From positions 600,001 through 632,000 of the forward strand of contig NC_002677.1 of the NCBI RefSeq assembly GCF_000195855.1: a stretch of DNA of 32,000 nucleotides, in the 5' to 3' direction. A program made the translations under genes and the position numbers. This DNA comes from Mycobacterium leprae TN. Its GTDB lineage: Bacteria > Actinomycetota > Actinomycetes > Mycobacteriales > Mycobacteriaceae. Shown here piece after piece: positions 22,023 through 32,000 of the stretch. Each line of letters starts with the position of its first letter. Within the stretch, counting starts at the first letter, position 1. Under the pieces are notes generated by a model, which made no database searches, had not been told where the DNA came from, and saw only the letters and a list, made by a program, of their open reading frames with translations.

Positions 22023-22158
22023 TTTGCAGTCGAAAGTGTCGTTAGACGGCCTTCTAATTGTCTGGCGAATAGGTTTTGGAATCGACCCCAAGCACGTTGC
22101 GATGTTGTCCCGGCAGAGCCGCCGGAATTAAGGGAACTAGGGAAGAAGAATACTTAGA

Positions 22159-24885
22159 GTGCAAACACACGAGATCAGGAAGCGGTTCCTTGATCATTTT
22201 GTGAAGGCGGGCCACACCGAGGTGCCTAGCGCGTCAGTAATCCTCGATGACCCCAACCTGTTGTTCGTCAACGCTGGCATGGTCCAGTTCGTGCCGTTCT
22301 TTCTGGGGCAGTGTACGCCGCCGTACGCGACGGCCACCAGCATCCAGAAATGCATCCGCACTCCTGACATCGACGATGTGGGTATCACCACCCGGCACAA
22401 CACCTTTTTCCAGATGGCGGGCAATTTCTCGTTCGGGGACTACTTCAAGCGCGGGGCTATCGAACTGGCCTGGGCGTTGCTGACTAACAGCTTTGCCGAC
22501 GGGGGCTACGGGCTGGACCCAGAGAGACTCTGGGCCACGGTGTATCTCGATGACGACGAGGCTGCAGGCCTATGGCAGGAGATCGCCGGACTGCCACCTG
22601 AGCGAATCCAGCGTCGTGGTATGGCCGACAACTACTGGTCGATGGGCATCCCTGGGCCATGCGGGCCGTCGTCGGAGATTTACTACGACCGCGGGCCCGA
22701 GTTCGGCCCCGAAGGCGGTCCCATCGTCAATGAGGACCGCTACCTCGAGGTCTGGAACCTCGTGTTCATGCAAAACGAACGCGGTGAGGGGACTACCAAG
22801 GAGGACTACGAGATCCGCGGACCGCTGCCACGCAAGAACATCGACACTGGCATGGGTGTTGAGCGGATTGCGTTGGTTCTGCAGGGCGTGCACAACGTCT
22901 ACGAGATCGATCTGCTGCGGCCGGTGATTGACCTAGTGGCGACCCGCGCACCGCGCCCGTATGACCCCGAAAATGAAGACACCAATCACGCCGACAACGT
23001 CCGCTACCGCATTATCGCAGACCACAGCCGCACCGCCGCCATCCTTATCGGCGACGGTGTAAGTCCCGTCAACGACGGTCGTGGTTATGTGTTGCGTCGT
23101 TTGCTACGCCGGATAATCCGTTCGGCCAAGCTGTTGGGCATCGATAGCCCGATCGTGGGCGACCTGATGGCTACCGTGTGCAATGCGATGGGGCGAGCTT
23201 ATCCAGGGCTGGTCACCGACTTTGACCGGATCAACCGCATTGCCGTCGCTGAAGAGACGGCATTCAACCGCACCCTGACTTCTGGCTCGAAGCTGTTTGA
23301 CGACGTCGTCGGCGCCACCGTAGCGTCGGGCTCCACCGTGGTCGCCGGTTTGGACGCCTTTACCCTGCATGATACCTACGGTTTCCCAATCGAGCTCACC
23401 TTGGAGATGGCGGCCGAAGCCGGTCTGACCGTGGATGAGAAGGGATTTCACGAGTTGATGCTGCAACAGCGTCAGCGCGCCAAGGTCGATGCCGCCGCCC
23501 GCAAGCAGGCACACGTCGACCTGACTGCGTACCGTGAGCTGGTCGACGCCGGTCCGACTGAGTTTACTGGCTTCGACGAATTGACTACCGAGGCAAGAAT
23601 TCTCGGCATCTTTGTCGAAGGCAAGCGGGTCCCGGTAGTCGCGCACGCCGTTCGAGGCCAAGCTGGCATCACCAATCGGGTAGAGCTGGTGTTGGATCGC
23701 ACTCCGCTTTATGCTGAGTCGGGAGGCCAGATTGCTGACGCCGGCACCATCAGCGGAATTGGTGCCGGAGCCAGCTCCCGGGCGGCGGTCACCGACGTGC
23801 AAAAGATCGCTAAAACTCTTCATGTCCACCGGGTTAACTTAGAATCCGGGGAATTCGTCGAGGGTGATACCGTTGTTGCGGTAGTCGACCCGGGTTGGCG
23901 CAGGGGCGCCGCGCAAGGGCATTCGGGTACCCACATCGTGCACGCCGCGCTGCGCCAAGTGCTGGGGCCCAACGCCGTTCAGGCTGGCTCGCTGAACCGG
24001 CCGGGCTACTTGCGTTTTGACTTCAACTGGCAGGGTTCGTTGACTGGTGAGCAGCGTACCCAAATCGAAGAAGTCACCAACGAAGCTGTGCAAGCCGACT
24101 TCGAGGTACACACCTTCACCGAAAAGCTCGACACAGCTAAAGCGATGGGCGCCATAGCCCTGTTTGGTGAGGCCTATCCCGACGAGGTGCGGGTGGTGGA
24201 GATGGGCGGACCGTTCTCGCTGGAGTTGTGCGGCGGCACGCATGTGCACAACACGGCGCAGATTGGCCCGGTCACGATCCTGGGTGAATCGTCGATCGGC
24301 TCCGGGGTGCGCCGGGTGGAAGCATACGTCGGACTGGATTCGTTTCGCCACCTGGCCAAAGAGCGTGCGCTGATGGCAGGGCTGGCATCATCACTGCAGG
24401 TGCCTTCCGAGGAGGTACACGCTCGGGTAGCCACGCTGGTGGAGCGGCTGAAGGCCGCCGAGAAGGAACTCGAGCGCGCTCGGCAGGCAAACGTCCAGGC
24501 GGCGGCGACCAAAGCCGCGGCGGGTGCTGAGTGGATCGGTAATGTGCGGGTTGTGGTGCAACGGATGTCCGGCCCGATAGCACCAGACGACTTACGCTTC
24601 CTGGTCGGCGATATCCGCGGCAAACTGGGCAGTGATCCGGCGGTGGTCGCGCTGATCGCGGTGACTTCGGATGGGCCGACCGCAACTGTGCCGTACGCGG
24701 TCGCTGCCAATCCCGCCGCCCAGGATCTGGGAATTCGCGCCAACGATCTGGTGGAACAGCTCGCTATGGTCGTAGACGGGCGCGGCGGCGGTAAGGCCGA
24801 CCTGGCGCAAGGTTCAGGAAAGGACCCGACTGGCATCGACGCTGCGCTTGACACGGTACGTGCACAGATAGCGCAGGTCGGTTGA
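22159..24885 (+). CDS. alaS: Alanyl-tRNA synthetase
   Basis: [102 protein letters not shown]. Confidence 0.98.
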   Translation: MQTHEIRKRFLDHFVKAGHTEVPSASVILDDPNLLFVNAGMVQFVPFFLGQCTPPYATATSIQKCIRTPDIDDVGITTRHNTFFQMAGNFSFGDYFKRGAIELAWALLTNSFADGGYGLDPERLWATVYLDDDEAAGLWQEIAGLPPERIQRRGMADNYWSMGIPGPCGPSSEIYYDRGPEFGPEGGPIVNEDRYLEVWNLVFMQNERGEGTTKEDYEIRGPLPRKNIDTGMGVERIALVLQGVHNVYEIDLLRPVIDLVATRAPRPYDPENEDTNHADNVRYRIIADHSRTAAILIGDGVSPVNDGRGYVLRRLLRRIIRSAKLLGIDSPIVGDLMATVCNAMGRAYPGLVTDFDRINRIAVAEETAFNRTLTSGSKLFDDVVGATVASGSTVVAGLDAFTLHDTYGFPIELTLEMAAEAGLTVDEKGFHELMLQQRQRAKVDAAARKQAHVDLTAYRELVDAGPTEFTGFDELTTEARILGIFVEGKRVPVVAHAVRGQAGITNRVELVLDRTPLYAESGGQIADAGTISGIGAGASSRAAVTDVQKIAKTLHVHRVNLESGEFVEGDTVVAVVDPGWRRGAAQGHSGTHIVHAALRQVLGPNAVQAGSLNRPGYLRFDFNWQGSLTGEQRTQIEEVTNEAVQADFEVHTFTEKLDTAKAMGAIALFGEAYPDEVRVVEMGGPFSLELCGGTHVHNTAQIGPVTILGESSIGSGVRRVEAYVGLDSFRHLAKERALMAGLASSLQVPSEEVHARVATLVERLKAAEKELERARQANVQAAATKAAAGAEWIGNVRVVVQRMSGPIAPDDLRFLVGDIRGKLGSDPAVVALIAVTSDGPTATVPYAVAANPAAQDLGIRANDLVEQLAMVVDGRGGGKADLAQGSGKDPTGIDAALDTVRAQIAQVG

Positions 24886-25440
24886 GTGTTTTCGTCACAG
24901 CACCGCCTGCTCTACCAGCCAAGTGGCCCTGATCTGTCAAAAAACTTAGACCCTGAGCGGGGACGGCGGCTCGGCATCGATGTGGGTAGTGTGCGCATAG
25001 GTGTGGCTTTCAGCGACCCGGACGGCATCCTGGCTACCCCGGTGGAGACGGTGCGCCGCTACCGTTCCGCTAAGCACTTGCGCCGACTAGCTGAGCTCGT
25101 CGTCGAATTGCAGGTTGTCGAGGTGGTCGTCGGCTTGCCATGGACACTGACCGACCGGACCGGCTCGTCGGCAAAGGACGCCATCGACACCGCCGAGGCA
25201 CTAGCACGGCGGGTTGCTCCGGTACCGGTTCGACTCGTTGATGAGCGGCTGACCACTGTCAGCGCGCAGCGTTTGCTGCGTGCTGCAGGTGTACGCGCTA
25301 AAGACCAGCGGGCGGTGATCGACCAGGCGGCGGCGGTGGTGATTCTGCAAAATTGGCTCGATCAATGCCGCGCTGCTACTCCGGCGAGGGCGGATGAGCC
25401 TACGACTGGATCGGTAGCTGGAGAAGTTATCGATGGGTGA
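24886..25440 (+). CDS. ruvX: YqgF/RuvX-family putative Holliday junction resolvase / pre-16S rRNA nuclease
   Basis: [84 protein letters not shown]. Immediately follows alaS. Confidence 0.92.
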   Translation: MFSSQHRLLYQPSGPDLSKNLDPERGRRLGIDVGSVRIGVAFSDPDGILATPVETVRRYRSAKHLRRLAELVVELQVVEVVVGLPWTLTDRTGSSAKDAIDTAEALARRVAPVPVRLVDERLTTVSAQRLLRAAGVRAKDQRAVIDQAAAVVILQNWLDQCRAATPARADEPTTGSVAGEVIDG

Positions 25441-26698
25441 TTCCTATTTAGCACGCCACCGTCTCGCACCCGAGGCGGCCGGGTTGGGCCGCCACCAGAT
25501 GAGCAGCGGGGACCGGGATGGGCGCCGTCTGGCCAAGAGCGGATATCGTTGTCGACGCTTCGCCGACAAAATAGTATTTGGCCTGCTAGTCGTGGTCGTC
25601 GTCTTGGCCACCTTTGTCGGCTTGCGGCTGTGGCACACGCTGTTCGGGTCTGCTGACGGTTACACGGATTACGCGGGAGCCGGCAAGCACGACATCATGA
25701 TTCAGATTCATGCCGGTGATTCGACCACCGTGATCGGTGAGACGCTGCGCAACCAGGGGGTGGTCGCCTCGGTCCGGGCATTCGTCGATGCCTCGCATGG
25801 CAACGCCGCGATTTCGTCGATCCAGCCGGGTTTCTACCGGATGCGCACCGAAATCCCGGCCGCTGCTGCGGCAGCGCGGCTTGCTGATCCGGAGAACCGG
25901 GTGGGGAAGCTGGTTATCCCGGAAGGTCGTCAACTTGATGATGCCACCGACATGACAACTGGCAAGGTGAATCCTGGAATATTTTCGCTGATCTCCCGTG
26001 CCACCTGTGTGGATCTCGACGGCAACCGGCATTGTGTTTCACTGAACGACCTCCGCGCGGCGACGAGAAGAACCTCGTTAGCCAAGCTGTCGGTGCCGGC
26101 TTGGGCGACTGAATCGGTGATTGAGTTGGGCAACGACCATCGCCGGATCGAGGGACTCATTGCGCCGGGGACCTTCAATGTCGACCCATCGGCCTCAGCC
26201 GATAGCATCATGGCCAATTTGATCAGCACCAGTGCCGTGGGGTACACGGATTCCGGTTTGGTGGACACCGCGCGCTCCCTTGGCTTGTCACCCTACGCCA
26301 TCCTTGTGGTGGCATCGCTGGTGCAGCAGGAGGCCAGCCCGCAGGACTTCCCGAAGGTGGCGCGCGTCATATACAACCGCCTGTATGAACATCGCACGTT
26401 GGAGTTTGACTCGACCGTGAACTATCCGTTGGACCGCCGCGAGGTGGCTACCAGTGACGCCGATCGTGGCCTGTGGACGCCGTGGAACACCTACGTCTCG
26501 CCAGGATTGCCGGCCACTGCGATCTGTTCTCCCGGCATCGATGCGTTGTACGCTGCCGAGCATCCCGAGCCCGGTGACTGGCTGTACTTCGTCACCGTTG
26601 ATACCCAGGGGACAACTCTGTTCACCAGGGATTATCAGCAGCATTTAACCAATATCGAACTCGCGAAGCACAACGGTGTCCTTGACAGCGTGCGCTAA
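25433..26698 (+). CDS. mltG: MltG-like endolytic transglycosylase (YceG family)
   Basis: N-terminal TM segment ([22 protein letters not shown]), then [74 protein letters not shown]. Confidence 0.93.
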   Translation: MGDSYLARHRLAPEAAGLGRHQMSSGDRDGRRLAKSGYRCRRFADKIVFGLLVVVVVLATFVGLRLWHTLFGSADGYTDYAGAGKHDIMIQIHAGDSTTVIGETLRNQGVVASVRAFVDASHGNAAISSIQPGFYRMRTEIPAAAAAARLADPENRVGKLVIPEGRQLDDATDMTTGKVNPGIFSLISRATCVDLDGNRHCVSLNDLRAATRRTSLAKLSVPAWATESVIELGNDHRRIEGLIAPGTFNVDPSASADSIMANLISTSAVGYTDSGLVDTARSLGLSPYAILVVASLVQQEASPQDFPKVARVIYNRLYEHRTLEFDSTVNYPLDRREVATSDADRGLWTPWNTYVSPGLPATAICSPGIDALYAAEHPEPGDWLYFVTVDTQGTTLFTRDYQQHLTNIELAKHNGVLDSVR

Positions 26699-27512
26699 CA
26701 AGGGGCCGCGAAAAGCTGGAATTATTGGTTCTCCAATCGCGCATTCCCGTTCCCCGCACTTGCACCTGGCCGCTTACCGTGCACTGCGTCTCCACGACTG
26801 GACGTATGAGCGGATCGAATGCGATGCTGAAGAGCTCCCGACTGTCGTTAGCGGGTTCGGGCCGCAGTGGGTCGGCGTTTCAGTGACCATGCCGGGCAAA
26901 TTCGCCGCGCTGCGGTTCGCCGATGAGCACACTGCACGTGCCAGCCTGGTTGGGTCGGCTAACACGCTGCTGCGGACCCAGCGCGGCTGGCGGGCCGACA
27001 ACACCGACATTGATGGTGTGGCGGGGGCGCTGGCGGCGATCGGGCCTTTGGCAGGGCGTGCGCTAGTGTGCGGGTCGGGCGGCACTGCTCCGGCGGCTGT
27101 GATGGGGTTGGCTGAACTGGGCGTCACCGATATCACCGTTTTGGCACGCAATCCCGACAAGGCGTCCCGGTTGGTCGATCTCGGGGTTCAGGTCGGTGTG
27201 GCGACCCGATTGTGCGGTCTGGACAGCGGTGGCTTGGCAGATGAGGTGAAGGCTGCCGAAGTGCTGGTTAGTACGGTACCGGCAGATGTGGCTGCGCGGT
27301 ATGTCGATGTCTTCGCGACGGTCCCGGTGCTGCTAGATGCAATCTACGACCCGTGGCCTACGCCACTGGTCGCAGCGGTGTCCGCGGCGGGCGGCCGAGT
27401 GATCAGCGGCTTGCAAATGCTGTTGCATCAAGCGTTTGCGCAGGTGGAGCAATTCACCGGGATGCCTGCACCGCGAGAGGCGATGGCTTGTGCTCTGGCG
27501 GGTTTGCATTAG
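26676..27512 (+). CDS. aroE: Shikimate dehydrogenase
   Basis: KAGIIGSPIAHSRSPHLHLAAYRAL, GVSVTMPGKFAAL, GSANTLLR, WRADNTDIDGV, GLQMLLHQAFAQVEQFTG. Start codon (GTG 26676) uncertain; a more internal start is possible. Confidence 0.93.
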   Translation: MSLTACANKGPRKAGIIGSPIAHSRSPHLHLAAYRALRLHDWTYERIECDAEELPTVVSGFGPQWVGVSVTMPGKFAALRFADEHTARASLVGSANTLLRTQRGWRADNTDIDGVAGALAAIGPLAGRALVCGSGGTAPAAVMGLAELGVTDITVLARNPDKASRLVDLGVQVGVATRLCGLDSGGLADEVKAAEVLVSTVPADVAARYVDVFATVPVLLDAIYDPWPTPLVAAVSAAGGRVISGLQMLLHQAFAQVEQFTGMPAPREAMACALAGLH

Positions 27513-27740
27513 CGTGCCGCGTATGCAGGATAGGGGCCGTTTGTGTGATGCTGATCTGGTTGGCCGGTACTGAGTTTATGACATCAATGTCCCTGGCCAC
27601 CATGAGCCTGGCTCTTGTGTAGCCTTCCATCGAAATCCACGGCAGCATGGAAAAGTGCGAGAGCCCCCTACATGTTGGCGTCGATTTCGATGTTTGCGCG
27701 CATTTTGAGTGAACCCGAAATGGCATGGCAGGATAGTTAA

Positions 27741-28964
27741 GTGTTGCGCTGGATCACCGCCGGGGAGTCGCATGGCCGGGCTCTGGTGGCCGTTGTCGAA
27801 GGCATGGTCGCCGGTGTCGAAGTTACCTCCACCGCCATCGCTGATCAGTTGGCGCGCCGCCGACTTGGCTATGGCCGCGGTGCCCGGATGGCCTTCGAGC
27901 GCGACGGGGTGACGGTGTTGTCTGGGGTACGCCACGGCGTTACTTTGGGTGGCCCCATAGCCATCGAGATCGACAACACCGAGTGGCCGAAGTGGGAATC
28001 CGTGATGGCCGCCGATCCGGTCGACGCCGCGGAATTGGAAGACTCCGCTCGCAACGCCCCGCTCACCAGGCCGCGCCCGGGTCATGCGGACTATGCGGGT
28101 ATGCTCAAGTACGGTTTCGACGACGCTCGTCCAGTGTTGGAGCGGGCTAGTGCTCGAGAAACCGCCGCCCGTGTCGCGGCGGGGACGATCGCGAGGCAGT
28201 TTCTGCGCCAAGCTCTGGGGGTCGAAGTGCTTTCGCACGTCATTTCCATCGGTGCGTCGGCCCGCTACGATGGGCCACCGCCGGGGTCCGAAGACCTAAC
28301 CGTAATCGATGCTAGTCTGGTGCGCGCTTTTGACGAACAAGTTGAAAAATCTATGATCGCTGAGATTGAAGCGGCCAAGAAAGACGGCGATACCCTCGGC
28401 GGGGTAGTAGAGGCCGTGGTGCTGGGCCTGCCAGTCGGGCTGGGGTCCTTTACCAGCGGTGACGACCGGCTCGACAGCCAGCTAGCCGCAGCCGTAATGG
28501 GGATACAGGCGATTAAAGGCGTAGAGATCGGTGACGGCTTCGCGACTGCGCGTCGCCGCGGCAGCTGCGCTCACGACGAAATGTATTCTGGTCCTGGCGG
28601 TGTCGTCCGCTTAACCAACCGGTCAGGTGGACTCGAAGGCGGCATGACCAATGGCCAGCCGCTGCGGGTGCGCGCGGCGATGAAGCCGATCTCCACTGTG
28701 CCGCGGGCGCTAGCCACCGTCGATCTGGCAACCGGTGAAGAGGCCATCGCAATCCACCAGCGCTCGGATGTGTGCGCGGTGCCGGCCGCCGGAGTCGTTG
28801 TCGAGACCATGGTTGCGTTGGTGCTGGCCCGCGCAGCGCTGCGGAAGTTCGGCGGTGACTCACTGGGTGAAACTCGTCGTAATCTTGCAGCGTACCAGCG
28901 CGCGGTCGCTGACCGGGAAGCGCCAGTTGCTCAGTACTGCGGCGAGTCGGGGATAGGCGGGTAG
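27741..28964 (+). CDS. aroC: Chorismate synthase
   Basis: [95 protein letters not shown]. Confidence 0.97.
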   Translation: MLRWITAGESHGRALVAVVEGMVAGVEVTSTAIADQLARRRLGYGRGARMAFERDGVTVLSGVRHGVTLGGPIAIEIDNTEWPKWESVMAADPVDAAELEDSARNAPLTRPRPGHADYAGMLKYGFDDARPVLERASARETAARVAAGTIARQFLRQALGVEVLSHVISIGASARYDGPPPGSEDLTVIDASLVRAFDEQVEKSMIAEIEAAKKDGDTLGGVVEAVVLGLPVGLGSFTSGDDRLDSQLAAAVMGIQAIKGVEIGDGFATARRRGSCAHDEMYSGPGGVVRLTNRSGGLEGGMTNGQPLRVRAAMKPISTVPRALATVDLATGEEAIAIHQRSDVCAVPAAGVVVETMVALVLARAALRKFGGDSLGETRRNLAAYQRAVADREAPVAQYCGESGIGG

Positions 28965-28971
28965 GGGCGCG

Positions 28972-30652
<1,681 letters not shown>

Positions 30653-30653
<1 letters not shown>

Positions 30654-31090
30654 TGACGATGGTTAACATCATCAACGGTCCGAACCTGGGCCGGCTGGGT
30701 CGGCGTGAACCCGATGTCTATGGCAGCACCACCCACGAACAGCTGTCGGCTCTGATTGAGCGTGCGGCTGTCGAATTTGGGATCAAAGCTGTTGTGCGGC
30801 AAAGTGATAGTGAGTCACAGCTACTGGATTGGATCCATCTGGCCGCTGATGCTGGAGAACCGGTTATCCTCAACGCCGGCGGCTTGACGCACACGTCAGT
30901 GGCGCTGCGCGACGCGTGCGCTGAATTAAGCGCACCGTTTATTGAGGTGCACATCTCTAATGTGCATGCCCGCGAGGAGTTTCGGCGTCATTCCTATCTC
31001 AGCCCGCTAGCGACAGGAGTGATTACCGGGCTGGGAGTCCAAGGCTACCTGCTTGCCTTGCGCTATCTGGCTGAGATAGCTGGGAACTAA
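30653..31090 (+). CDS. aroQ: Type II 3-dehydroquinate dehydratase
   Basis: [77 protein letters not shown]. Confidence 0.96.
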
Positions 31091-31095
31091 TCTTT

Positions 31096-31139
31096 TTTCG
31101 GGATATCACGCGTCTCCTTATTTCGGGATATCATGCGTC
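31096..31139. repeat. Two near-identical 19-bp direct repeats, 25 bp apart start to start
   Basis: tttcgggatatcacgcgtc (31096-31114) and tttcgggatatcatgcgtc (31121-31139), one mismatch. Confidence 0.9.
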
Positions 31140-31178
31140 GCGGTGGCGTAGGTGCGGATCATCTCGATGGGAGTGTCG

Positions 31179-31787
31179 TCACGCTCGCTGGTGGTAGATT
31201 ATCTCGGTGGGTGCCTCGCTTTCGGCTGTGGCAACTGCCGCGGTCTGTTCCTTAGTTTGCGCCGCGGAGAGCTCTCCGGTCGGTGTGTCGTCGTCGGTGC
31301 AGACAGCTGCGAAGACATTACTGTCAGCTCGGTTTTGTCCGGATCTACTATGCTCGGGTACTGGCGGGCTCCTGCGGTCAACACGCCAACGACCACATGC
31401 CACACCGATGATCCCAGTTAGAAAAACAATCAGAGCGGTGAACGCAGAGAACGTGGTTAACTCACTTACCAGCCCTCCAGTATAGATACCATTATACAAC
31501 AGCGAAATGACCCAGGCCACCGCGTCGCTGAGGACTCCCACTAGGATGCCGGTTAGCAGCCAGGTCATCGCCAGATCCCGGCGTCGGTCCGGATCCGGGT
31601 TCGCGATGGCGTCGGCACGGCCGTCGCGCGCCGCCCACACAACCACCGCGATGATGAACACGGCCAGCAGTACCACGCTGATTAACACTGACTGCGCTTG
31701 CCACACGTTGATCATCGTCCCCTGCATCAGGCGGACAACGATCATCAGGGCGGCAAACACCAAACCGCGCAGCATCCAGTTATTCAT
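31179..31787 (-). CDS. Actinobacterial four-TM membrane protein (Rv2536-like)
   Basis: MNNWMLRGLVFAALMIVVRLMQGTMINVWQAQSVLISVVLLAVFIIAVVVWAARDGRADA...DLAMTWLLTGILVGVLSDAVAWVISLLYN...FLTGIIGVACGRWR. Four hydrophobic segments. Confidence 0.85.
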   Translation of the reverse strand: MNNWMLRGLVFAALMIVVRLMQGTMINVWQAQSVLISVVLLAVFIIAVVVWAARDGRADAIANPDPDRRRDLAMTWLLTGILVGVLSDAVAWVISLLYNGIYTGGLVSELTTFSAFTALIVFLTGIIGVACGRWRVDRRSPPVPEHSRSGQNRADSNVFAAVCTDDDTPTGELSAAQTKEQTAAVATAESEAPTEIIYHQRA

Positions 31788-31820
31788 GAGTCCTCAGCGT
31801 AGCGAGTAGCGTCAACAGCT

Positions 31821-32000
31821 ATGACACATTCCCAGCGTCGAGACAATCTCAAGTCACAAATCGCGACCACCGGGCTGGACGCGATGCTGGTGACGTGCCT
31901 GATCAATGTGCGCTACCTGTCAGGTTTCACTGGATCGAACGGTGCTTTGCTGGTGTTCGCCGACGAACGCGGCGCTGTGCTCGCCACCGACGGCCGTTAC
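31821..32000 (+). CDS. pepQ: Start of Xaa-Pro aminopeptidase/dipeptidase (PepQ-like); 3' end outside window
   Basis: ATG 31821: MTHSQRRDNLKSQIATTGLDAMLVTCLINVRYLSGFTGSNGALLVFADERGAVLATDGRY, creatinase N-terminal domain, open to window end. Confidence 0.88.
   Translation, partial: MTHSQRRDNLKSQIATTGLDAMLVTCLINVRYLSGFTGSNGALLVFADERGAVLATDGRY

Noticed and set aside
22194-24854. Minus-strand ORFs opposite alaS, including 23104..23829 (241 aa) and 24174..24854 (226 aa)
   Set aside because: They overlap a fully intact AlaRS and have low-complexity Arg/Ser/Ala-rich composition typical of antisense GC-rich frames.

Overview
The window reads as a reductively evolved mycobacterial chromosome segment, almost certainly Mycobacterium leprae (inference from protein character, gene content and heavy pseudogenization). 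Intact housekeeping genes are all on the + strand: hisS (5'-truncated by the window), aspS, a RarA/MgsA-type AAA ATPase, alaS, a YqgF-type Holliday junction resolvase-like gene, mltG-like, aroE, aroC, aroK, aroB, aroQ and the start of a pepQ-like peptidase. One transglutaminase-like gene is also intact, and one small membrane protein is on the - strand. Between them lie long gene-decay tracts with recognisable relics: PE_PGRS, purple-acid-type metallophosphoesterase, small exported protein, DHDPS/DapA-like, ketopantoate-reductase-like, Ddn-like F420 enzyme, IS21-family istA/istB, IS110-family transposase, circularly permuted ATP-grasp/alpha-E protein, zinc-ribbon metallopeptidase, an Rv2557/Rv2558-like protein and a YjbQ-like fragment. 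I found no convincing CRISPR, phage defence or other new system. The most interesting items are a perfect 26-bp-arm palindrome inside the IS110 relic, a tandem repeat plus hairpin at ~14.6 kb, a decayed ATP-grasp/alpha-E/transglutaminase/metallopeptidase cluster in which only the transglutaminase ORF survives, and a DapA-like relic that may be out of place.
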